Part shown: positions 1-10,500 of the stretch, piece after piece
Numbering within the stretch: the first letter of the stretch is position 1
How the letters are laid out: the number at the start of each line of letters is the position of its first letter
NCBI RefSeq assembly: GCF_006345805.1
Contig: NW_021834129.1
Span: forward strand, 1 to 26,710
From: Octopus sinensis
Taxonomy: Eukaryota
Length of the DNA: 26,710 nt
Reading direction: 5' to 3'
Made by a program: the position numbers and the translations under genes
Notes under the pieces: generated by a model
Database searches by the model: none
Told to the model about the DNA's origin: nothing
What the model saw: the letters and a program-made list of their open reading frames with translations, nothing else

Positions 1-348
1 CGTCAACTAACACTATCTCTTCCGAGACGCTGCGATGCAAGTTGACCAAAATTGAGAGTATGATAGCAGAAGGCTTTCTCTTCCTTCCATGGAAGAAACA
101 ATTCAAATCGGACCATGTTAACACCGAAAATTATTTACATCAAAAAGGTACTTTTTTTCTATGAAAATCCCTATTTATTTAAGTTTTTTGACTGCTGTGT
201 CGCCATTTTTCGGTGTATTTCAACCAGGAAAATGTTCACTTAAAGAGAATAACAAGCTACATAATGCAAAAGTTTTACTTCTCAAAATTTCCAATTCTAA
301 AGGATCGAAAACAAAACAAACCCGAGCAGCGCTGGGCTATACTGCTAG
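1..348 (+). mobile_element. Probable Helitron-like element 3' end (5' part outside window or unresolved)
   Basis: GC-rich hairpin CCCGAGCAGCGCTGGG at 321-336, 8-nt spacer, then CTAG (345-348) followed by T: the classic Helitron 3' terminus layout. The left boundary is not determined. Confidence 0.55.
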
Positions 349-799
349 TATTTCATTATTATTATTCTTTTTAACTCAGTTTTGGAACTCCTGGAACTCC
401 TGGAGTTGCAGGAACTCCTGGAGACTTGCATGATTTTTATCATCAGTCGGACACTGGGGTCACAGCCCTTCTTCGGTGTCACGGCATATGCGCGAGTGAA
501 GGGTCAAATGGCACATCTCTAAATTGGAAAGTAATCTTCCACTTAACGTTTAAAGCATCTCTCTCTACTGCTCATCACACTTGTCTACCCATTCTCTTTT
601 GTCGGTGATTATTGCCTATTCTTTGCTGCAACTACAGTGCTGCATCTCTCGTTTTACTTCTCTACCACTTCCTGCTCCTCTTGGAATATTGTAATGCTTG
701 TAGTTTCAGTTTCTCCATCTTTCTCTTTCCTCTGTAGTGCTAAGAAATCGGTTTTTATTCCTTCATATCTTTCCCACTCTTCTCGCCCTTTGATCTAAA

Positions 800-907
800 C
801 GTTCCCCTCTCGACCCCTCTTTTTCTCCTTTCTCTCCCTCCGTTTCTCTCTCTCACTCTGTTTCTCTCTTTCTGTGTGTGTGTCTCTCTCTTTCTGCTCC
901 TCCCTTC

Positions 908-941
<34 letters not shown>

Positions 942-965
942 GTTTTCTCTCGCTGATTCTTTCCC
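800..965. repeat. (CT)n-rich microsatellite
   Basis: CT/CTCT runs; source of the artefactual ORF 795..980. Confidence 0.9.
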
Positions 966-1070
966 TTTTACATCTGTCATTCATTGTCATTTCCTTTACC
1001 TCTTTCATTCATGGCACTACATAGTCACATTCCATTGACTGTAATATTGAAGCCCAACACTACCTTCTGG

Positions 1071-1125
1071 CTAGCCGTCCAATCCATGCCAGCATGGTAA
1101 GCGGACGTTAAATGATGATAATGAT
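1071..1125 (+). mobile_element. Short 3'-end fragment of an RTE-type retroelement with (GAT)n-like tail
   Basis: CCGTCCAATCCATGCCAGCATGGTAAGCGGACGTTAAATGATGAT resembles a common octopus retroelement 3' end (recalled, not searched). Confidence 0.4.
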
Positions 1126-1495
1126 GGTATGGTGGTGGCAATGAGGATGATGATATACTTGTGTAAGTGTGTATGTAAATGCCCTGCCCACCATATTCAC
1201 TGGACATTGCCCCATCTGATTATCATTTATTCTGCAGTTTTCAAAATCATTTGGACAGAAAAAATATGAATTCTGTAGTTGAGGTCAGAACAGTACTAGG
1301 GGAGTATTTTTCGTCACGGACAAGTGAATTTTAGAAGAGTAGAGGCCTTGCAAGTCTACCAGACAAATGGAAGAACATTGTAGAAAATGAAGGAGAAGTA
1401 TACTTTAGGTTAAAAAAGAACTTTGTTTATCTTAATTTTGAAAAATAAAAGTATAAAAAAACCACATAATTTAATGGATGACCCAATATGTATGA

Positions 1496-1820
<325 letters not shown>

Positions 1821-2093
1821 ACTCACACAACACAGTGGCTGAGTATTTCGTTGAGGTTTTTCGTATCCGTGGAGTATTCACTCACCCAATTACGAGTTAA
1901 TTTCACGAAAACTAATTCATTTGGTCGGACAAATGTCTCGCTTAAACTGACAGAATATTTACCACTTTTCTTGCCTTTTTTTTATCCCTTTTTATTCCGT
2001 TTTTATAGATATTAACTTTGATGTTGTTTTCGGTCTGTATGATGATTTAGTATTTGGTATTGTTTCCGCTGTTGTTATTGCTTCACTGTTTCT

Positions 2094-2253
2094 ATACATA
2101 CAAACATTCATACATACATGCATACATACATACATACCTACATACATACATACATACATACAAACATTCATACATACATGCATACATACATACATACCTA
2201 CATACATACATACATACATACATACATACATACATACATACATACATACATAC
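2094..2253. repeat. (CATA)n tetranucleotide tract with an exact 60-bp tandem duplication
   Basis: 2101-2160 is identical to 2161-2220. Confidence 0.95.
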
Positions 2254-2277
2254 ATGTGTGTGTATATATATATATAT

Positions 2278-2393
2278 AATGTAAGGTATACTAGCCATCT
2301 CAATATGGCTAACCACTAAGGGTGGGTGTTACTGCAGCTTGTAGCCCCACCCTTAGTGGTTAGCCATATTGAGATGGCTAGTATACCTACATT
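2278..2393. repeat. Inverted repeat (43-bp perfect arms 2284-2326 / 2346-2388)
   Basis: AGGTATACTAGCCATCTCAATATGGCTAACCACTAAGGGTGGG and its exact reverse complement, 19-nt spacer; extends to 2278/2393 with one bulge. Confidence 0.95.
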
Positions 2394-2438
2394 GTCGTGC
2401 AGTTACTGTTTACATCTCATTCAGAGATTTATTATTGC

Positions 2439-2439
<1 letters not shown>

Positions 2440-2498
<59 letters not shown>

Positions 2499-2616
2499 GG
2501 CCTGCCCGCTTAGTCAGCGGGGTAGCGTCGTTCGAAGGCTAAAACAATGCGAACGCATTGTGACCAGCGATGTGTAGCAACATCTGATGGTCTGGTCGGT
2601 CACGTGATCACGTGAT
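2440..2616 (+). mobile_element. (TG)n tract plus 3' part of an octopus-type SINE/interspersed repeat
   Basis: TG run followed by ...GAAGGCTAAAACAATGCGAA..GCATTGTGACCAGCGATGTGTAGCAACATCTGATGGTCTGGTCGGTCACGTGATCACGTGAT, recalled as a common octopus repeat end. Confidence 0.5.
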
Positions 2617-2805
2617 ATATGTATACATATATACATAGAAACATACATATATGTATGTATAAAAATTATAAATAAGGGTATCTGAGAGATACCACCATGC
2701 CGAAATAGCAGTGAAAACCCTGACCCTAAAAACCACCTTAAATGTTCATATCGCGCCATGAGATACGACAGAGAGACAAAATAAACTAACAAAAAAAAGA
2801 TTTTA

Positions 2806-2878
2806 CTGGATAATTCGAGATCCTGGATTTCTGACTTTGCTTAAAATAAGCTCTGCCTTCGTCAGTCGAATATACCAG
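2806..2878 (-). ncRNA. Type I hammerhead ribozyme-like motif (extended helix I, variant core)
   Basis: Minus-strand RNA: CUGGUAUAUUCGA-CUGACGA-A-GGC AGA GCUUA UUU UAAGC AAA GUC-A-GAA-AUC CAG GAU-C|UCGAAUUAUCCAG. Helix I is 6 bp + internal loop + 4 bp; helix II is 3 bp + internal loop + 5 bp; helix III is 3 bp. AUC triplet with cleavage after 2819. Confidence 0.7.
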
Positions 2879-3459
2879 ATGGGCACATAAATACAAATAT
2901 ATATATATACAGAACATACGTTATACTTACATATACGAACGTCCATACATACATATATATGCACGTATGTACAAGACCAGTTCAAATTGCCCGCCAACAA
3001 CCTCACAAGCGCGATTTGGTTAAAAATAAACACCGCAGTGAATACAGTGACGAATTATATAAATTTATAAATAAGGATAATATCGATATTTATCCTCATT
3101 TATAAATTTTTGTTTGAGGTAAAGGAAAGATTAAAGAGGATATGGACAAAAGATATGAACAAAAGGGGCGACAAAAAGGAGGAAAGCTGCGAGAGAAAAA
3201 GGGAGAGATGTGAGAGAGAAATAAGTCAAAAATTGGAGAAAAATTAATTACAGTACAACAATGGTAAAAATTAATTACGTGTTCCGTGAGAGAAGAAATA
3301 TTGTTTAAAGATCACTCAACACTGGGGAAAAGTCTTGGGAGGCTAGAAGGCATATTCTAAATATATTGTGGAACTGGTAAAGAAAATTGGTTAGGTGCAG
3401 CACACAGAAAGAAAAGAAGAATGCGATAGATGTGTGTGCACGTATGAGAGTGTAGGCGT

Positions 3460-3869
3460 GGATCTTTTCGGTTTGAACGGCAGTTTTTAACATAATTTCT
3501 AGGTAACCAATTTCTCCGTATACTGGTAGAATGTGTTTATAAAACATCTTTTACTCTTGGCTTTATTGAGAAAATTCTATAGTTTGTAAGATATTTTTTT
3601 TCTTCAATTTCTGCAATTTCAACCAATTACTGACGTCTTTTGAGTTAAAAAAACATTCTGTGCCGTATGAATATGTCCCTCGTTTAAGAAACAGATTTGG
3701 TTTATTTACATTTGTGAAGAAAAAAAATATACCCTTCCCCCTACCCTTACCCCTAACCCTAACCCTAAAACAGATTGAAATGCAATAGATCGATACTAGG
3801 GTCATAATTATGGGTGACAATTTCATATGACACCGCTAGAAAAAACTGCCGTTCAAACCGAAAAGATCT
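3460..3869. mobile_element. Non-autonomous DNA transposon (MITE), 28-bp perfect TIRs, 8-9-bp TSD
   Basis: TIR GATCTTTTCGGTTTGAACGGCAGTTTTT at 3461-3488 and inverted at 3841-3868. Direct repeat (T)GTAGGCGT at 3451/2-3459 and 3869/70-3877. Internal (CCCTAA)3 at 3751-3768. Confidence 0.9.
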
Positions 3870-4264
3870 GTAGGCGTTTATTCCCGGAAGAGAAACGAAT
3901 TTTAAAAAAATACGTAGCTGGAAGAAAGATCAAGGGTAGTGGGCTAGGGCCAAAAATGGGCTAAAAGTGTACCGAAGAGAGGTGGGTTAGCATGCGCACA
4001 TGTGTGTGTGTGTACATATATATATATATTTATACGCTCTCAAACGCACTGCCTCAGTATTTTGTTGGCATAACGTGGAAGAATAGGTTCGGACCACATG
4101 AGAAAGGAAAATGAAATCTCTTGAGACTGAAGAGTGTAAAACCAAGGGAGATAAGAAATAGGATAAGAATAATAAGAAGCAGAAGAACGTATAGTCGTGT
4201 GCGTGTGTAGATGAGAGAGTGATGGTGTGTTTGCGTGTGAAGAGTCAGTAGCATATGTATGTGT

Positions 4265-4304
<40 letters not shown>

Positions 4305-4489
4305 GTGTGTGTGTGTGTGCTTCTTCAAAATTATTTTCATTTTGACCTTTTATGCATTACATATCCTTGTGTTTTCGGAGTTTTCACCAGAAAACAAACA
4401 AAATAGTATTTTCCATTTGTGGTGGGGAGGCATGGGTCATCTCCTTCGATGTTCACGTTTGCTCTCTTTCTTTCCTTTTTCTATTCATG

Positions 4490-5475
4490 AGCTGCATATT
4501 CTAAATTTTTCTTTGTTTTCAAGTTTTCTTCTTCTTCCTTTTCTTCTTCTTTTTCTTCTCCTCCCTCTCCTCCTCTTCTCCTTCTCCCTTCTTCTTTTCC
4601 TTCTTTTTTTCTTCCGCCTTCTTCGTCCTTCTTCCCTCCTTACTTCTTCATTCTTTTATTCTTCCTTTTTTCTTCTTCTTTTCCTTTTCTCTTTCTTTTT
4701 CTTCTTCTTCCTTATCTTCTTTCTTCTTTTCTTTTTCTTCTTCTCTCTTTCTTTTCTTCTCCTTTTTCCCTTTTTTCCTTCTTCTTTTCCTCCGCCTTCT
4801 TCGTCCTTTCCTTACTTCGTTCTTTTTTCTTCTACTTTCTTTTCTTTTTCTTTCTTCTTCCTTCTCTTCTTTCTCTTCTTTATCTTCTTCGTTCTTCTTT
4901 TTCTTCTTCTCGTTCTTCTCCATCTTCATCTCCTCCTCCCTCTCTTCCTCTTCTCCTTTTCCCCTCTTCTCCTTCTTTTCCTCCGCCTTCTTCGTTCTTC
5001 TCTCCTTACTTACCCGCCTTCTTCTATTTTTCATCCCTCTTCTTCTTCTTCTCCATCTTTTCTCTTTATCTTCTTTGTCTTCAGTTTTTCTTCCTTTTCT
5101 TCTTTTTCTTCTTCTCGTTCTTCTCGTTCTTCATCTCGTTCTTCTTCTCCTCTTCCCTCTCTTCCTCTTCTCCTTCTTCTTTTCCTCCGCCTTCTTCGTT
5201 CTTCTCTCCTTACTTATCCGCCCTCTTCTATTCTTCATCCCTCCTCTACTTCTTCTTCTCCATCTTTTCCCTTTCTTTTTCTTCTCTTCGGTTTTTTTTC
5301 ATTTCCTTCATGGTACTTCAACATCTTCATCTTTTTTCATAATCTTCTTATTCGCCTCCATCTTCACCACCAAATTCTTCTTCATCTTTTCTCATTTCTT
5401 TTTTTCTTTATTACTCCTTCAGCTTTTATCCTCATCATTTTTTCCATTTCCCTCCTCCTCCTCCTCCTCATTCAA
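4490..5475. repeat. ~1-kb polypyrimidine (CTT/CT) low-complexity tract, preceded by (TG)n at 4256-4320
   Basis: Plus strand is mostly C/T; source of ORFs 4255..5499, 4648..5034 and 5075..5521. Confidence 0.95.
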
Positions 5476-5631
5476 ATACTTTCTTCATTGTTTCTTTAGC
5501 AAAAGCAAAAACAAAAATTAACATTTTTTTTTTTTTTGTTATTTATGCTGCGACATTCTGGTCATGGTTAGAAAAACATTCATTCTGCTATTTTCGTTTT
5601 ATTCTTTAAAATGGTTCGGTGACTGGTTGGT

Positions 5632-5644
5632 GGAGATGATGATG

Positions 5645-5675
<31 letters not shown>

Positions 5676-5682
5676 CGACGGC

Positions 5683-5722
<40 letters not shown>

Positions 5723-5763
5723 CCGATGATGATGATGATGATGACGATGACGATGGCGATGAC

Positions 5764-5795
<32 letters not shown>

Positions 5796-5814
5796 CGATG
5801 GCGATGATGATGGC

Positions 5815-5854
<40 letters not shown>

Positions 5855-5946
5855 GTGATGATGACGGTGGTGGCGACGACGACGATAAAGATGATGACGA
5901 CCACGATGACGACGAGGATGATGATGATGATATTGTTGATGACGAC
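5632..5946. repeat. Interrupted (GAT)n trinucleotide tract
   Basis: GAT runs with GAC/GGT/GGC variants. Confidence 0.95.
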
Positions 5947-6212
5947 ATCATTGTCGTAGAGTGAGAGACAGTCTCGCTCTCCAAAATTCCTTTCTGAAGT
6001 CAGAACCATTTGATTGCTTTTTAACTGACGAGTCTTTTTTTTTTACTTCTATTTTTTTTCTAATTTTTGTTATTCTTGTAGTTGTTAATGTTGTTGTTGT
6101 GGTTATTGTTGTAGATGTTGTCGTTGTCCTCATCATCACCATCATCATCATCATCATCATCATCGTTGTAATTGTTTTCGTTAATGTTGTCATTGCTTGC
6201 AGTAAAGGTTAT

Positions 6213-6548
6213 TTGCCAACATAACATTGCGGTCCTGGTTTAGGACGAATGTTGCTGTAATTTAGCCCCAGAAGACATCGTCTCCAGCTGGCTATACGAC
6301 ACGATCTAGCACCACCACCCCAAATCAGCTCAAAACAATATCAGTGTATCGCGATTTCCGGGTTATTTCCCTTCATCAAGAAATCGTGATACACATATAT
6401 TCTTTTGAGCTGAGTGGGGGTGCTAGATTCCCTTGTCCGAAAATATAAGGACACTGATCGTCTCGTATAGCCAGCTAGAGACGATGTCTTCTGGGCTAAA
6501 TTACAGCAACATTCGTCCTAAACCAGGACTGCCATGTTATGTTGGCAA
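6213..6548. mobile_element. Foldback/MITE-like element with ~92-bp outer inverted arms and a possible 4-bp TSD (TTAT)
   Basis: TTGCCAACATAACATTGCGGTCCTGGTTTAGGACGAATG... mirrors ...CATTCGTCCTAAACCAGGACTGCCATGTTATGTTGGCAA. TTAT at 6209-6212 and 6549-6552. The inner arms also pair. Confidence 0.8.
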
Positions 6549-6961
6549 TTATGTATGTAGCAGATAAGTACTGGGGTCTAGAGCATCCACTAATACCCGC
6601 CCTTTTACCAGTCAGATGCCATTATTAACAAATATTTTTTTCGGATGCATGCGTTCAATTCCTTCTCGCGGCACCTTGTGCAATTATCTTTTAATATAAC
6701 CCCAGGCTGACCAATATCTTGTGCCTATAGAAAGGATTGTTGTTAATGGTTTTATAGAATCTATTGCTGTTGTTGTTGACTTGTCGTTTTTATTGTTGTA
6801 GTTGTTTCCCCATCCACCCATGACCAGTCCTGATTAAACAAACCTAAGAGCACAGACATTACTACAGCGAGGATTCTCACGTATTTTTGCCCATCTTGGA
6901 CTACATTTTTCCATTATCCATTGTATCGTGTGTCCTTATTTGAGTTGAGATTCTTTTCCAT

Positions 6962-7163
6962 AGGCGCAGATATGGCTGTGTGGTAAGAAGCTTGCTTCCC
7001 AACCACATGGTTCCGGGCTCAGTCCCACTGCGTGGAACCTTGGAAAAGGGTCTTCTTGCCTCAGGCCGACCAAAGCCTTGTGAGCGGATTTGGTTAACGA
7101 AAACTGGAAGAAGCCCGTCGTATGTATGCGTGTGTCTGTCTGTGTGTGTATGTGTGTGTGTGT

Positions 7164-7206
<43 letters not shown>

Positions 7207-7431
7207 TGTGTTTGTGTGTGTTGTGTGTGTGTGTGTGTGTGTGTGTGTATCTGTCTCCTACTATCGTTTGACAATCAGTGTTGGTGTGTTTATTTCCCTG
7301 TGAATTAGCGGTTCGGCAAAAGGGGTCGACAGTATAAGTACCTGACCTTAAAGGTAAGATTCGTTCGACTAAAAATTCTTCAAGGACGTGCCCCAAAATG
7401 GCTGCAGTCTAATGATTGGAACATGTAAAAG
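6962..7431 (+). mobile_element. tRNA-derived SINE (CORE-like) with internal (TG)n
   Basis: A box TGGCTGTGTGG (6973-6983), B-box-like GGGCTCAGTCCC (about 7015-7026), CORE-like ACCTTGGAAAAGGGTCTT. Its 3' half is shared with copies at 22622-22800 and 23562-23786. Confidence 0.75.
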
Positions 7432-7768
7432 CTATTCATCTTTTATTGTTGCTACTGTTGTTGCTGCTGTTGCTGTTGTTGTTGTTGTTGTTAAGCAACA
7501 AGACGGGTAAGGGTAATTAGGTGATGGTCTAGGGCTTAGGGACGGGAGACCCCAGAACTTGGAAAAAAACTTTGGTCATCTGGTTGTAGTCGAGGGCTCT
7601 TCGTTGATGCCCGACACCACTAGGAGGTGGCCCTCGAAGTCGCTGGAAATTGAGATCTCCAGGTCCAAATTCTTGAACGGCTGCTGCTGCTGTTTACATG
7701 CAGACAGGCATGGTGGTGTGGTAAGAAACCCGTTTCGGGTACAACGGATTAAAAATATTCGATGGCAA

Positions 7769-8668
7769 TGATCTACGGATTAAACTGTAAATAAGCACTG
7801 AGAGTGATCCACTGATTCGAAAGGCAAGAAAAACACTGATCCACAGATGCAACTATGAATAGACATAAGTCTTGATTCGCTGAATCAAAAACATAAACGG
7901 AATTGATCCATAGATAAAATTAAGAATAAACACCAACATTGAGCCACCGATTCAAGCTCACCAAAGGCAATGATTCACAGAAAAGCTTCCAATAAATATC
8001 AGACAAGAGCCACTAGTTATACAAAACAAAGGCACAGATCTCCTAGATATACCAATGAATAACCAATAAGAACCGATACTTTTGATTCACTGGCTCAAAT
8101 ATACAAGAAGCACTGATCCATAGACAAAACTAAGAGTAAGTAACAGATCTGATCCACTGAATTGAACACATCAAAAGCGCTGATCTATAGTAAAAGCTTC
8201 GAATAAATATTAGCCTTGATCCGTAGGTTTATACACAGTAAAAGTGTGATCTGCATATGAAACTTTGAATAAATATTTGTCTTGATCCACAGATTTAAAC
8301 ACTCCAAAAGTACTGATCTACAGGATGCAAAAATCTTAAATAATATTAGCTTTAATCTACAGATTAAATAATATTAGCTTTTGATCTACAGATGAAACTT
8401 TGAATAAATAATAGCCTTGATCCACAGGTTTATACACACCAATAGCGCTGATCTACAACTAAAACCATGAGTAGGAGCTGACACAGAAGAAAAAAGAAAA
8501 ATCGAATAAACATCAGCCTTGATCCACTGTTTTAAAACGCATCAAAAGTGCTGCTCAGCAGACATATCTGTGAATAACCAGACCCTGAGCCACTGTTTTA
8601 AACACTTTTAAGGTGCTGATCCACCGATAAAAAGTATTATCCATCAATTACGAATAAGCATTCAGCCA
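7769..8668. repeat. Diverged minisatellite: alternating ~36-bp and ~31-bp monomers (67-bp higher-order unit)
   Basis: About 25 monomers, mostly starting TGATCY. Spacings 36,32,36,31,36,31,35,30,46,32,36,31,36,30,36,31,39,29,36,31,71,32,34,31. Confidence 0.9.
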
Positions 8669-9114
8669 CAACCAAAAAAAACTACCCGACAGACTATCCA
8701 TTAACCTCGGGTCACACATGGGTTGAAGCGGTGAGAGCTAAGACTTTTAACCATCAATGTATAGGCTACGTTTTAAAAAATGAAACTGCTCGATGTGTTT
8801 CTTTGAAATGAAAATAAAATGACAAAAAAACACGCGATCGTTCATAAAATTGATTTCAATTACACCAAATCCATTTTGACAGTTTAATTTCTTCAGTGTT
8901 TTTACCTCTTCTCATTTTAATTCTTTCTCCCCTTTCACCCCCATCCACCCACCCCACTCCCCACTATACACGTTGTCTCACCTCACCACCCATTAAACCA
9001 CCCTTTTTTCTCCCCCCTCCCACACCTCTTTCTTTGCCACATGACTTTTCTTTTTATTTGCATTTGCTGTCCTCCTCCATCTCTCTCTCTCTCTCACTTC
9101 ATTTTTTGCAGTGT

Positions 9115-9185
9115 CGTCATCATCGTCGTCGTTATCATCAACAACACCTCAACGATCACCATCACCATCAGCACCACCACCAACC

Positions 9186-9216
<31 letters not shown>

Positions 9217-9413
9217 TCATCATTTACCATCATCAATATCATCATCATCATAATCATTATCATCATCATAAGCATCATCATTATCATCATCCTCCTCTTC
9301 ATCATCATCATCATCATCCTCATCATCATTTACCATCATCAATATCATCATCATCATAATCATTATCATCATCATCATAAGCATCATCATTATCATCATC
9401 ATCCTCTTCATCG

Positions 9414-9453
<40 letters not shown>

Positions 9454-9828
9454 TTACCATCATCAATATCATCATATTGAACTTCATCGCCATTGTCACC
9501 ATTATCGCAATCATCGTCGTCGTCGTCGTCATCCTCATCATCGTCATCCTCATCCTCCTCATCATCATCATTATCATCGTCGTCGATGTCATCATCATCA
9601 TCATTATCATCATCATCATCATCCTCATCGTCATCGTCATCATCAGTTATCGTCACCACCATCATCATCATCGTCCGTAATCATCATCTCATTATCGTTG
9701 TCGTTGTCATCATCGCCATTATCATAATCATCACCATCAGCAGCAGCACTGTCCTCATCACCATCATCATCATCATCATCATCATCATCACCATCACCAT
9801 CATCATCACCATCACCATCATCATCATC

Positions 9829-9862
<34 letters not shown>

Positions 9863-9904
9863 CCATCATCATCACCACCACCACCACCACCACCACCATC
9901 ACCG

Positions 9905-9952
<48 letters not shown>

Positions 9953-9955
9953 CCG

Positions 9956-9997
<42 letters not shown>

Positions 9998-10000
9998 CCG

Positions 10001-10034
<34 letters not shown>

Positions 10035-10035
10035 C
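9115..10035. repeat. ~920-bp interrupted (CAT)n trinucleotide tract
   Basis: CAT runs with CAC/CGT/CCT variants; source of the poly-H/S/I/M/D ORFs. Confidence 0.95.
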
Positions 10036-10134
10036 TTCACCAGCTGCAAGCACCAGCTTAAATAACTATTATTCTTTCTTCTGTCTTCCGTTAAGTCGAT
10101 TTTTCTTTCTCTTTTTCCTTGTTTTTAATTTCTT

Positions 10135-10500
10135 TTTGTGCTTTATGTGTGCGTGTCTGTCTGTGTGTTTTAGTAAATGCGTGTGTGTGTATATATGTAT
10201 ATGTGTATGTCTGTGTATGTGTGTAAATATTTGTATGTCTATGTGTGTATGTGTGTGTATGCATGTGTATGCGTGTGTATGTGTGTATGTCTGTGTATGT
10301 GTATATGTGTGTATGTGTATATGTGTATGTGTATGTCTCTGTATGTGTGTATATGTGTGTATGTGTGTGTATGTGTGTGTATATGTATGTATGTGTATGT
10401 GTGTGTATGCATGTCTATGTATGTGTATGTGTGTATATCTGTATATGTGTGTGTACGTTTGTGTGTGTGTATCTATGTCTGTCTGTGTGTGTATGTACGT
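10135..10500. repeat. (TG)/(TATG) compound microsatellite
   Basis: Alternating TG/TA dinucleotides. Confidence 0.9.

Noticed and set aside
3751-3768. Telomere or telomere fusion remnant
   Set aside because: Only three CCCTAA units, located inside a TIR-bounded MITE.
4255-5499. 414-aa Leu/Phe/Ser-rich ORF as a membrane protein
   Set aside because: It is open only because the C/T-rich strand rarely makes stop codons; it starts in (TG)n.
7769-8668. CRISPR-like repeat/spacer array
   Set aside because: Eukaryotic context, no cas genes, no invariant repeat; both alternating units are themselves repeated.
9220-10053. Poly-Asp ORFs as an Aspein/Asprich-like acidic biomineralisation protein
   Set aside because: No signal peptide, frames switch along the (GAT)n tract, and the nearby TGCAG acceptor lacks a polypyrimidine tract.
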